From assembly GCA_030765585.1 (NCBI GenBank), contig JAVCCJ010000121.1, positions 7,233 through 71,232 on the forward strand: DNA of 64,000 bases. Direction: 5' to 3'. The notes below the pieces were generated by a model. It worked only from the letters and a program-made list of their open reading frames with translations. It was not told the DNA's origin and ran no database searches. Position numbers and translations under genes: made by a program. Source of the DNA: Candidatus Zapsychrus exili. Lineage in GTDB: Bacteria > Omnitrophota > Gorgyraeia > Zapsychrales > Zapsychraceae. Shown here one piece after another: positions 57,201-60,032 of this stretch. The stretch's first letter is position 1; each line of letters opens with the position of its first letter.

Positions 57201-60032
57201 ACTGATGCTGGTGCTGCACTTGATGGAGAAGATTCAGTTCTTCGTGATATTGGTGGTGCTCAAGTTCATAAGTTAGTTGATGCATTTGAAGGTGAAAATG
57301 GCGCAATAGCAGTTGGTAATTATTTATTACCTCAATATACCGCAGATGGCGTAAATATTCCTCAAGCTATTCACAACTGGGTTGGCGAGACAATTGGAGT
57401 TGAGACAATTTCTTTAGATTTTTATAATATGATAATTGCAGCGAATTCAGCAACAGAGTATAAAGATTATAAATCAACTAGAAAAGCCTTCGATGCTTAT
57501 ATTAACAAAGGACAAGATTCAATATCAGCTGATCTTAGATTTGGAAAACAAACAGCAGTTATAGTAAAAGATGAAAATAATAATTTTGTTAAGATATCAG
57601 TTGATGGCGTTCAAACACTAGGCAATTATTCAGCAAGCGTTAATATAGAAGAATTAGCAAATCAAAATGTAATCTTTATTGTGTCTGAAGAAGATGTTAA
57701 AGCCGGCACATTTGAAGATAAGTTAGATGTAATATTTACAAAGCTAGCTGAAAACAGAGGCGTTGATCAGATAGCAATAAATGCTTTTAACAAAATTACT
57801 CTTGTAGATTTAGAAAGATATCCACCAGCAGGTATTAAATTAAGAAACTATGCAGAACAACAACAAGCAGCTCAAAGAGCAATGCAAGATACTAAAGAAG
57901 CTACAGATGGTGGATACAATGGATACACAGTTGCACAAGCAAGAGAGCAAATAAAGAAATATGAAGCATTAGGAATTACAATTGAAACTGTTAATCTTAA
58001 AAATGAAGTTAGTATAAAGGCTGCAATTGATAAAGCATTAGCTTTCTTAACAACACAAGGAAGAATAGATTATACTCGCGGACCACCAACAGTTAACCTA
58101 GTCAATTCTTCTGATATAACTTTTGCAGCATTTTATGAAGTAGATGACAACACCCTATATATAGAGAAGACAGTACTTAGCGATTTAGCATATGATTTAA
58201 CTTCAGTATTTGTTCATGAGCTTAATGGTGACACTCACGAAGAGAATATAATAGCTGAGAAAGCTTATAAATTAGTACAACAACAAGAAATAGAAAAAGC
58301 AACCGATGAAAGAGCAAAGGTAATTAATAGTGCAATTGAAAGAGCAATAAAGACAGGCGATTTTGATAAAGCTGAAGATATATACAGAGACGATCTTATT
58401 ATTAGATACATAAACGATAAAGATATTTTAACTGATAAAGAAAAAGAAGATATAAGGGCTATTTTAGCTCGTGAGCAACAAAAAAGAGCAAACAAAGTAA
58501 GATCAGAAAGCGGAATACAAGTTAGTAACAATATAGAAGTTGATTCTTACGGAAATGTAGCATCGTTTATTTCGCCATTACCTACAGGCGCATTACAACT
58601 TACAAGCAACGGAATATTTGGCGCAAGCAGAGCAAGAGAAGATGGGAGTCGTTATCTTCACGAAGGTGCAGATTTTAGAGCTGTTGTGGGAACAAAGACA
58701 TTCTCTATATTAGATAATGCTGAAGTTACTCATGTGGCTAATTTTAATACAGGCCGCGCTGGTAAATATGTAACAATTTCAAGCCAAATTGGTGAACATA
58801 AAGTACAAGTATCTTATATGCATTTAAGTTCTGTTGAAGTTGAGTTAGGTCAAGCTTTATTATTAGGCGATATTATTGGTTTAACTGGAAAAACAGGAAA
58901 TGCTAATAATACTGACGAACCTCATCTACATTTAGCGATTAAAATTGATGGTAAGCTTGTTGATCCTGTTAAATTATTTAATGGAGATGTTACATTTGCA
59001 TCGGATACAAGAAACGTAGCACCTATCTTTGGATTACAAATAAGTAATGCAGCATTCGATACTTACAAAGCTCATGATGCTGATGGCTTTTTATCTAAAT
59101 ATTTTAGTTCACGAGCAGATTTTGAGAAATTCGTTTTAGCTATTATTAGATGGGAAAGCAGTTTTGATGCTGATGCGACTAGTAGCGTTGGAGCAAGAGG
59201 TCTAATGCAAATTATGCCTGGTACTTGGGCTGAAGAAGTAGCAGAGCTAGGATATAATTGGACGGCTGCTGATATTACAAATCCATTTAAGAATGTACGC
59301 ATTGGTTCACGTTATCTTGTTGAGCAATTAAGAGAATTTGGTTCTATAGAACTTGCGCTAGCAGCTTATAATCGCGGACCTGGAAAAGTAGAAGATGCGA
59401 TAGCGGCTGGTTTCGCAGACGGCATACCTACAAGCAATGGAACAACGCATGATTATATAGAAAGAATTAAGAAAGTTTATAATGGTGGAATTTTATTAAC
59501 TAATTTCATTGCTAGTCCAGTTGATGCATTAACTAAATGGCTTGCGATAGAAGAGTATAGAAACAATCCAAGATCTTGGATAGAAAAAGTAGTAAGCGAA
59601 GAAGAGAATGGCTCAAACGTTATATTCCCAGTTGTTGATGTAATTATAACTGATAGAGTAGGTGAAAAAGAGAAACAAGCTCATTTAGTTGGATCACATA
59701 ATCTTGATGTGATTACAGATGAACAAGTTTATAACAAAGTTAAAACAATACTTGGGCAAAAAGTTCTTATGGATAAACAAGGTTCTCAAGCCGGAGTTGT
59801 TCTTGTTATAAGTAAGCGAGCATTGTTTAGTGGTGAAAGTAATGTAAGGGCTATAGTAAAAGATTTATTCTCAGAGCTTATAGGAGAAATGAAGATGCAA
59901 CTATATAAAATAGTCATTTGTTTATTTTCTCTAAATCTCCTGTTTACTTATATAGAGAAAATACTTCTGAAGAAAAATATAATTTATCAGAACTTCTTGG
60001 ATTTATTGTTCCTGATGAAGACGGTGATATAG
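30255..60032 (+). CDS. Giant multidomain membrane/surface protein (C39-like, OmpA-like, 2x SecA-like ATPase, M50, M23, SLT); frame probably shifts near 59907
   Basis: 9925-codon ORF. Domain motifs are listed in the sub-features. The last ~40 codons are compositionally off while the -1 frame reads as protein. Confidence 0.9.
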   Translation: MKSAAEQNREPEDDRKADSSIGNMSENTAFTHQHSYVPTNRTFLNSEDCSADAQNISNTQPQEEPIPHKSRFKSWIKTVALIIILVFVPEQISWAFSYNPLVLWKDKATVASQYLGDGNTIAAENQMTEEQIVSLRVSESVSHFLKQLQNKNAQQIQLQLPNPHKSKLVKDNQYNILINTDLAFNESNIAEIATWLREPAIHPLNCGVYALNDILANYDVKLSLEEISVMSLLVDLINDIVRPGEPKLKTSLYAINKITEAYGINLKAAKLAPADIFDLEPPFIANFDDEHFVTVTKVDDTSVYYNDIGRASSSSRLDFLDQVTGFVLAPELEAQDDVKFEYVPDAMQAFIWGSKWHGNLDNLPGLYSWGDVAIGAAFQVVGLFTGGLASSVLSLGAGSFLGSLTTAIALSECYDAETGAADQGCLDTMFVLNIVGTSAISAGSGALNADSFDLGAFAGDFAKGAVVGLGQGLIMLYVGKLLNDLLEDWDAPDALKQAIIGAVSSVVATTAMGLVVDGLDAALKEMGVGEGAKVDLSLKSVYAGDTQVKVEPEWAVWKATAMGNVLSGLNKVVTFIGKYTGISWALNQLNKGWNKLVKGMIGSNSGAAKTLTATGKAFNGIKKGVNYALNGKFSPVTYVIKALAVIPRTVRNLMSEGKKVWGVKHLVFALEQHNFLRQMTVLAVRYILSEGKILGIDDGNKENNGDDGEDRGIAFDSFLSQAIGMGVGMFYDHVSIGLDNRDNLTKRTENEIAQKKAEAEGLDKNDPEYGDFIQNNIVSMTGMSLEDIFAKRAEFGLSENSDFAQYQGKRTSAFIAILGKSVASVLLAKHYDKKECARVDCNETERLGEDPNRDRIGLLKFRATQFLIGGLIEGGIAILTESNRRPDGAELTQTDKKVELDKKIINKLANKDADKLENALNTSMMLVNEKGELIDNLNATEKTSNEMLLAAKKKYEQAYSEGGGANGEGIEKVLAAAGLSKKESKEYLKQRAKELDKTNDVSKLFLLFNGNFVAKTIQSMYSANGNSPYGIVGYDDGVAVYDQRGFVRADEDASPTEKLISSIAARSSYINEMVGMYGGMTLTKRLMVREQNEKMEADMRRTNEVSSAAPISEEELARQIGAAQMRANVKTLDVIHNSNNYFLDAINQSLATALFSPQDSPILHALDSLAFDFVDASIEQQAQAAWEDESKKPDTNKLAFLQNKRQELRDEVAMNSDDKFGYSPSDSVDVSIEQQAQDAWAKEGKKPDTNKLEFLQNKRKELHEEAAMNSPWLGLGMDYRYLASEQIGEGIDSNKITYKMSENLVFNSGKGILLGTSLEKKGDLLEYGLEKLNVYYQDEVGKGDYIGEGSDRDFSGTIVRDISGLSEIDRRELGFDPEKMKIATENDGDKEIVAVGLAQKLRQTDRKEDVSALNEEKKGKIITKIDGTTRLVFGYEAEHLAEQGKKYDMTVDVGKFTVNEETGDRIHLSAQRQAAPDAQLSDSWVVTRQDFNAATPKDITATTMFFASQGEVIDEQGNVLEQYVASISSEDCVTGCTDPKKTWYVNRSLFAKEGDKKISDMDDLGFDTNLKTFANKDVKTEIAALKKDYKRIDDSTEKDENRLAVVNTIIDHAIEDKESNQIAKELYGFAKMVEEHKVASSLEIGAYTNNKEGSNQEGEELYLGIARYNTDDKGNVKDTSTVLISEPQIYDKNGAVATTNFIYQTEQTSAFNVGDSAVYGKVVDGKETLVSAEEIDTYKDKKGIKGDVKSIAVVRQVAKGDIDLSSAVEMAKGFDKDGVDKFGDTPENFNGKDYMSFVAASTEDGQTAVLEASKSKLVQGYSEIKSSVKVHYDHDSYKLEAKAKKDLDSAAATLNDNDQKNIIINGRTDSSGTNQYNVKLSLNRALAAKDYLMEQGISEDRIIIRALGEGEADQSIAESIRSDKEIGRKDRNSSFEIVEKSPLGDSKITFRVDKEGFVKRASTNFYTAGLDNEGSSIVYDLAPKASLLADALILLAADVADALGPEENKIQEIVTSNATSAKAAQLDGALVAIVPDIRAYELGKNDLLHIVDGEIIAPNEIRFDDYAPDPTSTPKRDSKGNVVAGSFIKDTVATKQGDGTYAYSSADGKVGKAASLTVDQLVVTKFGVVGVDEAAIVSDKPLILGNNSQWLASSSDATLEVAFGSKTTQALDSKGNIVGPVEEVNYNGGYRIDESKAIVLRSKVGEGALLGSIYINNEGAPKVLDKEAFEEESLEDNKKYVSATTQSETVGSLSVAGISTESKWTATPVVDGKINKYAADEDGVLESALVGNRIVSLHGNAKENNMTFKDMKDKANVGFISKSGRMILTPNNNNISGGWSKDANDQLSFNVGIKDTKKMNGSEEGKGTALGLQQENVLVYNKGIGNILYQGSEQTSVDPVTGLVGANRFVTMNLTGDMGVNQGTVLASKVDLAQGNIEGQVRNHKDLDAPSIFSAKLNTFDIKDSEIILKVSQELGDVSQLPVAADFAYSKEGKGEAPVQTPANLAALKGVENNPNVLMLEVSKEAGQDLTKVLGTPTSSVLNFAFSTDGLKFNPKAEGSVYSNFDRVSVLSGVEAPTVILKREATPTESNSTPAIQFIADANNNVKMQWKGIWNIQRDSAYTNHSTKWMSADGKSEAPLVLNTTIIGEEITASAGWNDTAVWNWAAGAPKMRGTITDKDGNSVSSLGIQRVDGAGAGWTIQARGSKDGSTLVAPNHVNVEENGYVDPDAKKDVDKTVSNKFFKLPQAQSYDVYKDGSREDGLVEVRLNQGFPEGVETPADFEIKSGQSINLLVQDHDGLSSVSTTENMVGTDVRKMIYHAKAPEQEKAAVEKEVSEQETDLNKFSMPIENFVAKQDNTRLAKVNIPVIIDNFITPEPNVDKITVQEWRVERAPETMVVENPYSVLTLDGSRAIERDVWGSKVGTIPIKETVSFEPGDYQSFGDVNKTVLITKTAATSYNIDYSNSDKITATKSSEGLNFVDYSGEMSFIKGRTSKEIEQIKENDITEWFPNATEGKEKVSVQMDSDAITSEAMQIKRYDPKTGAHVTDRYLAGMTAIKGNDGIIRSQFTTEASLYNADTKEIGNAGNLLYDAAASFLLDSVETDKGKKAVFKFVPEGQDPTVFTATSKGGIETVNTIYTDPATIKEANEANSSGALLPEAIAQTLDPNNTGSIQRVYQYQGKKLVNEYFAVTRAKEDSSKVEKFYVDGKYANPNNANELKSLIASELNLDLKETKTSTLQDFSYSKTIEDDAEVVYVSPQGKVYLRMVTGRTIIETPNSYSSSSTSTSEQHDVFAYDLVTGDVEEVDVEKTFVDVVTDKDGAKRYALKYLVPESRTRYSIGLPISYKPAGVQGIEFKDEDGKEIWADINYIKSGQLNGVGEEKQFVAVSIQDAGWSKNKRNRIIDLSTGREITREGFIETPEGGKWDLNRYKGKIVEMVKAKGFWGDVGDVAWNGLRGEGKETYVKNMLMDWGMSYASAGALDVSNPSVAGVVTTALMFTGVGSGLGLIGKGAKAGSTAARVYSISRAALKTGLIFGGIDTAAYVGIGALTGQDLNFSDGLAAFAGGVKMGATMTLGITGLGAVSGRIANSINAVNGVAGTGKGFKFVSKTYKGFGKMAEWKQAAILNGSSGAAVNVTRGMVANYYENGGELDYSLRSFAIDATAGAIISVALGGVGSKVMKGSFNTKQLLGNNMIHYGLVGLGGETVSTGIFSDKEMTWTRAAGSFAMGAIGGLVFRSTWIPEMMGVKPAEIIGETAKVTEGVTEGATSLFRNIKNPLKLTKAAQGVESGATVLNFSKLRTIGTLTGLGVGAGAGMAAMDARVHAKQDARKAGFKEGTKAFDSFVSKETSNNFRSWKTAKYMGAGALAANVMFFGRRAIQMKGRAKLLGTHSNKRITLPLIADEPHLIASLSLLGAADFAMIMPAWGALDSVIYTGLTGGNLEEGFYHSFQQKDVDGNDLGVFSNLAVHSIGGAKLGARLGPVLGIAQMPLSALGKKSALAPKSISKFSANKSSGLSISKILSSPTAHSMPVTVAQLATVEVLAEKVLENTYFKTAAENKADTLYNSHLEETKIMTGAYPTTTKAQFREEYAKNKIKEDAGQIAFASLLFKPSSMPGAEPETGGKGNKGSTAEAKIETPPNKPSDNALSADAQIKLSTKQTNIDQAPVAKPEKSMLSRMTTAVDYIGSKFKGHNNNILRQKIGTQSLEQNVIITSSSKQYVKAAKEARRRGTESKDKEYRDLDEIDQVFNMSMDSLRESIEADGRTKFKVKPKQLALVYSVIEHAIKGEKLLAIEPVSGGKTVLTAAIVDSLAKKGKTVVVIVPSGKLVDQYMNSALFENGRFTTPQTRNNGKDAVPEALKKGMVYFMTDAQAKDFVLHKNKTGENFFKDAQGFYDEAHNLFTMSDKIIGGGSERAAKIVAENSSQAKRLQRQYDTDTELARITVDLVREVGGEVEYLVENKNSDRMSHQFKEQATYRNGKNVWAVKDANGKLSIVKKGTAGAEILRPKDIVLERFNKSVKEKKLIRFKSDHSKALLEDFAGLAKSAFQEARIRTKNKQGNLESAPLDAYTGEARWGEIFSDPTGRNTKARALVALERVLALEREGNVNLESYIKSAINSTEHKARGADFLDMFDNVTLLTGTAGEVKGMAKMKNINMVQFRPEYTLKDIGPENVTFETSGKSKIDMIVDIIRDEINLAKKAGDNFVLITTNSREAGVLGARKARQTQNLKDKGYKVEYVSDAKLAERIKEINNSNAKEKIVIVTQVIEGISVEAKGSGVVMETAVLSAADTTQALARMNTFAEAKDSSRTKAKAKVKLHIDDHLILTAEKQKILEAQGKLDQARKTNSSDAIKNAEANLDLIWREMMHSLTEFKTNQGLATISTTVVEGVKSKVAKESVQQQLRSTTHGILSDIRQEAHKDIALDYMNKTGKTSAQISLSDNKGFEIFSSSKEGDEISVDNINNVGLVATEEIELIHGAKLKAGQTLDYETGFVYEAPQNEFDIKDFSQIKSEYLPVGVISITREDVNNPKANYNPVVNTVVNGKKAAAIELSDLGKNTLLDRQIVYAENSDGKIDQVAYRVKPIISNVTVGAALSAININDDSYEIDNDGFAIVPIETFNKAFSKENALDNSVFDGIGFKFAQDITIHEGFKEKRSDAITGRTRKSKNKVAKDALKLSIQKTVETPEIAIALPDGQGGTKTQRIKMDDLRELQTRMASSKSPDSDVNLYFADYDSEESKAKTNKALNNLVRFSNPTTQDDKDWVASLNTEEVVHYDTAAKSLKTRGISPVEFAMRFQHQMGGKNFGGHTGSGGQDALGNKRDQQNVYVNESATHIFDYYQDIERDKGFEAASDTEKMMETVLHEQIGFANRDFSHYQNVEVRRVWLKATEAVKQMKENNVDTVELQLVDGSGYEIYEAIKENGKTIGAQPIKLVAQNSDVKLRHLNTTLAKGETLDYKASSKTASLDTGSIKYKSVDNQEDKIVSKLKVGQDIVNITDPNLNGHTKLAQRAVADVEDAASILNKIDLSLNGTRKEFALDRHIKTIEQLRNTNNVFISKNAGAMSTDDGRMIVGRLDNNNNRLVLNSEANGEMADIYLRGQKIVENVPLRVAAIISEVDRKHDAGFEVYKAKNDAPAQSKASDNALTADTFHPANITTRKQIQGMMRDGVDQALMTLRAGGYDSKAKIMNFTKANLPDSFNKRVKDFAMRARVRATTARERAQKDTFGSVIHASSGRVSTLEWGLHEAGYKTDEAMVAKIADIVAGDPRRVEGDIAVYDFSDVKGTTRLDNYELHVDTTRNFDDKSMLSIFADAPQGQTIAWLGENIAVVNTDISVGGESELARSWSKIEKKLGNQNFDEQLAMVMQFDIIDLNKLVALAVEDANTEEAILARAKGLSVDAPIYVAVMRDEWVFFAVVDGKLVGEPQKAEDISNGLVLMSKESIPGHVVAKFSEKYVVAQSVLNPETSIPTALGKGQWAPIEGQLASMSATAMLSVVPSVAKHEKIVVVQSDAGQAEKTAIEFALAIPEKQIYVVNHTKTNQWFVKVTVADGEANISNVFITADKLENGVVVVDAAMLSEAAFDILRANGAIISKAAMPDSFGGEDNVSAKAVKAVFNTDYRQKTIDQRLKTKEAAEEPVIVVPVAPRNDAIDMPAMVPAATIPVTVPMLMSSGVGDNSPNVELADAAMTSGPGNNSPNYKDIIAKSEELIADSEKTIAISQKIRAASEEIRANSRAIRKKIATSGSDDAMLAAAKTDDIMQYLPYDRKIENDVLVKMKQDVGRIVDIINETNRKIEPEFSVRDDQVKMAEALIEGKVVVAENAAGKTLAKFIAGLANIVNGRQATILTRDENDSAKWILEAPEEGFGANYSQMLAATMKEYELESSGIVDLDGLMKRYDDALKKRRTIVANKEINEIKGQILRALQSKDMLKIVSINARGHMPNRFLDDDLILQGIKSIKDDGDTILDEADDLLLLETTYIQSQSQSVKKNSNLRKIVSQAKKIFDQVKIGTDEEDAIKVAASIQDFEKLNKANKKAVWYSQGSGLIGAPDLLISDAVYESFKEGTLPTMIEGVIRGKIEEIGTRLAADLNKGELVPVTRTGELQSDMIFSQIPYKVAQTLKINEILKARGDSQLKLNNITVTGDTVRENPISEMLQGKGRVVGATANKAGAEYIIQAKTGSTEGIVTIGEESNVFKQAALPTKNYRHVDITGQAGGLVDQLASMAEKSLADNKGTLIFTSDHVQLRKIAEDLKKRFPNTEVGVIDEDTKPEQIEKYRNEIGTHKGNSTPRIVVSLPRVAKQVSFKGNLDVIVSDGASWPKADLTHAVNRNNRSEKLELRLGRSYVLVDKEALNKKFEFVRNLVPEIKGLSKADDVNKLVDEIEKAGAGDTLALSKKHRLVAEFLQAQQRSSSHKHTILTLFRNNRQTEPMQDLYDSRVGSDKKIVQEILFKERAGLYGNTMQKLHDNPFTGEEWVREASRQSWEAAVREWNDLLELAKTKGGSAELLARVEEQIDLMRDRQTNEPGEYLNVVANGKVLNQFADVLKDANKEQNKEVRLRKLEAGHKGILMAAKYLGEGIIPTRVTAFFKADNIKSVASKTDKSKDMTYVEFVKGLTSEEKNKFNLSMYGFVVELKGEYTLARRGHQLISMLDAFENLSQQDMDKLGATVGSHTPFTIAVQLVQADIVDIKEAKQLASMVNFWLENAGQTEHIVSLSEEQQSNFLSKLKKLTLLISDKTYTLLASIGEEIGIIDNVDMLTQIKSRSDAITQALEGVKDLEAQKAKAGLLGIRFNGKLKTAVKTLVELVNPTIAKMASLQNEIASDKLDIGPIEFAAILLNSDELRNIEDISRAEKTLIYIGETIGYKQLDKKQINFVASLLEESLVLPAVLLVESESISDAQREQHIRVAANKIDQNAKVKKQDLQMLFYQMLSNPHKFGLTASAAKKKVRKFNWKLDKADTFKKIRTTLGNELASRLNPKLGFLDKFSVSDNEEFKLVSGRIDWTDEQAEQEYNKLADKEKEIQEKTEELVQKLKEKQEETKGNVQESVKEVKKASFLNRFKPTIVFEGNNMAEKVLKAGIKIGSVTLGWMLVPSVLIASLVFGTSGLGIIGMVLVSATIHEIGHIVAARILGGSQTYQGMGVYGPIAQATLNTRGLSKNAIRIIAAIGPITNILVGTVALAFGVDPFTAYQGIEFWGVPVNLVTINLVFLAAVNLLPIPAFDGLTVITGKNTKTSMASGSGKAFYSSIPLYEFVLYVASVLSLRGVKRRGNLEEEIALQKPLAMTDNEKHTQQSAIFESQDKIEAINLNIELEKAVMPEIPAMPDRSMPFDPLGIPVAPMIPLGAPALMLLGSVSGSGPGGKAPVSMVEQQREFGQNEADIKVAQAQTGSEVGFLLAFALDLKSRMNFSSTGLSPNAISAAILFRKGSGRANVVARIIVNVVHVVANAVNVVSSNGSKPLISSDFGHKGKNNGEPGSRSVSKSRAIEVKAGSKAVVAKLVRNTLVSMIEYFKQVAVRVKLAMKVQDDRTETRLRESRTTTVAKAVNVTNEAEVNAVKAIVIEEAQVVSVAQVASASNVKATVAEGLESVSRSALLRSMISSSATMAGIVLFTIRDEVTQGVGELYAQVVFRGVKNVSSETSLEYNDAQGASNIKIRIVSLAKNIYRSLRVREESGDAEPGASPVYKFVPTINTQGNQALGVPVFLSANIITIGSLNSIHFLLGAAAIAVMLAMLAYAIYRGAPNTIHVNSIKSNTDNSLINKARAYIRARVTYKAVLFGSLNHNESQATDSKQGGTLWSASIQSIQEVLAKIQKAYKSHILSNIQTQAALSQPQITKTRIEQKSILLDKMNVFMNAVDLKALGMSFKAKTSDFLQSLLKKLSATKMYHVIQLIVQAYLTKKEVIKNSNEVEVVSSVAGGFSAPLLTKQFVEQIANNGEEKYLVQASNGVEVVSSVAGDFLTTLLAGINRFKVAFATVAILLLNTAVKAQSAIADTAAVVVDSVAGGLNTTAAVTDLSSPTSEFFAQIGNITSESVLIMIAAALIASVVTWFVIYVASKKLAVNISRSGALTLGFAVAFSGLKLFTIAAPIIKEVFATTTSLGMLEHFATMAPVVLIPVFALMLGISLVAWNIQRIYKSKTTAIASPYNFNTLSKAEKQVYKKEFKKQYKPLRMSFKEFGRFVSARREIVISLTVIGAIVGVLTSTSTLLTMVSAGVQGALVGFVSVYLLSVLWNFFFGYVWKNTQFVEFVEDNRGRFSSDETIIQEVKNLEEKLSNTGVLENSIYVIKDLLISLTLRFPVTGGIIQFVIGRGFLALAGSYVAGPITALISPSITTTSILGFWPAVVSFLKGIYLDTTIGGFIRLALMVIFLNLKKIPAYYNMTFKLFTGEAINTFNLKSHLRELHKKLPLHILAAFVSVASIVLAPAFGIIYLANISAEANARDVNKYAKVIGDMGKDFWVGMWNMWLISMEIGLITDAGAALDGEDSVLRDIGGAQVHKLVDAFEGENGAIAVGNYLLPQYTADGVNIPQAIHNWVGETIGVETISLDFYNMIIAANSATEYKDYKSTRKAFDAYINKGQDSISADLRFGKQTAVIVKDENNNFVKISVDGVQTLGNYSASVNIEELANQNVIFIVSEEDVKAGTFEDKLDVIFTKLAENRGVDQIAINAFNKITLVDLERYPPAGIKLRNYAEQQQAAQRAMQDTKEATDGGYNGYTVAQAREQIKKYEALGITIETVNLKNEVSIKAAIDKALAFLTTQGRIDYTRGPPTVNLVNSSDITFAAFYEVDDNTLYIEKTVLSDLAYDLTSVFVHELNGDTHEENIIAEKAYKLVQQQEIEKATDERAKVINSAIERAIKTGDFDKAEDIYRDDLIIRYINDKDILTDKEKEDIRAILAREQQKRANKVRSESGIQVSNNIEVDSYGNVASFISPLPTGALQLTSNGIFGASRAREDGSRYLHEGADFRAVVGTKTFSILDNAEVTHVANFNTGRAGKYVTISSQIGEHKVQVSYMHLSSVEVELGQALLLGDIIGLTGKTGNANNTDEPHLHLAIKIDGKLVDPVKLFNGDVTFASDTRNVAPIFGLQISNAAFDTYKAHDADGFLSKYFSSRADFEKFVLAIIRWESSFDADATSSVGARGLMQIMPGTWAEEVAELGYNWTAADITNPFKNVRIGSRYLVEQLREFGSIELALAAYNRGPGKVEDAIAAGFADGIPTSNGTTHDYIERIKKVYNGGILLTNFIASPVDALTKWLAIEEYRNNPRSWIEKVVSEEENGSNVIFPVVDVIITDRVGEKEKQAHLVGSHNLDVITDEQVYNKVKTILGQKVLMDKQGSQAGVVLVISKRALFSGESNVRAIVKDLFSELIGEMKMQLYKIVICLFSLNLLFTYIEKILLKKNIIYQNFLDLLFLMKTVI
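30858..31316 (+). other. C39-like cysteine peptidase domain of giant protein
   Basis: LNCGVYAL (Cys206), DEHFVTV (His291), VYYND (Asp307) and TGFVL, followed by VPDAMQAFIWG-S. Confidence 0.75.
33774..34064 (+). repeat. 43-aa near-tandem duplication within giant protein
   Basis: VDASIEQQAQAAWEDESKKPDTNKLAFLQNKRQELRDEVAMNS (33774-33902) and VDVSIEQQAQDAWAKEGKKPDTNKLEFLQNKRKELHEEAAMNS (33936-34064). Confidence 0.9.
35736..36066 (+). other. OmpA-like peptidoglycan-binding domain of giant protein
   Basis: VHYDHDSYKL, INGRTDSSG, YNVKLSLNRA and GISEDRI...LGE. Confidence 0.85.
43065..44730 (+). other. SecA-like/SF2 ATPase module 1 of giant protein
   Basis: Q-motif KPKQ, Walker A VSGGKT, VIVPS, Walker B FYDEAH, SecA-like LDAYTGEARWGEIFSD, motif III LTGTA and degenerate motif VI QALAR. 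Confidence 0.65.
49164..50815 (+). other. SecA-like/SF2 ATPase module 2 of giant protein
   Basis: VRDDQ, Walker A NAAGKT, Walker B ILDEAD, PVTRTGELQSDMIFSQ, GATA, degenerate motif VI HAVNRNNR and GRSYVLV. Confidence 0.65.
53010..53460 (+). other. M50 (site-2 protease) intramembrane metallopeptidase domain of giant protein
   Basis: HEIGH within a TM segment, IAAIGPITN and NLLPIPAFDG. Confidence 0.9.
53555..53626. repeat. 72-bp RPE-like palindromic element lying in frame inside the giant gene
   Basis: GTCATTGCGAG...CTCGCAATGAC terminal inverted repeat with an inner GCAATCT/AGATTGC pair. Confidence 0.85.
55491..55790 (+). repeat. Three dispersed copies of (EVVS)SVAG(G/D) repeat
   Basis: 37-bp AGTAATGRAGTGGAAGTCGTTAGTTCCGTGGCTGGAG at 55491 and 55608, and core TTCCGTGGCTGGAG at 55775. 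Confidence 0.8.
58570..58975 (+). other. M23 peptidoglycan endopeptidase domain of giant protein
   Basis: FGASR, HEGAD (HxxxD), YMHLS, GLTGKTG, PHLHL (HxH) and VDP. Confidence 0.9.
59130..59480 (+). other. SLT-family lytic transglycosylase domain of giant protein
   Basis: AIIRWESSF (catalytic Glu), GARGLMQIMPGT, NVRIGSRYL and AAYNRGPG. Confidence 0.9.

Noticed and set aside
59895-59915. Programmed -1 ribosomal frameshift in the giant gene
   Set aside because: An AGGAG lies upstream, but there is no slippery heptamer and a -1 slip from AAA lands on TAA. An indel is more parsimonious.
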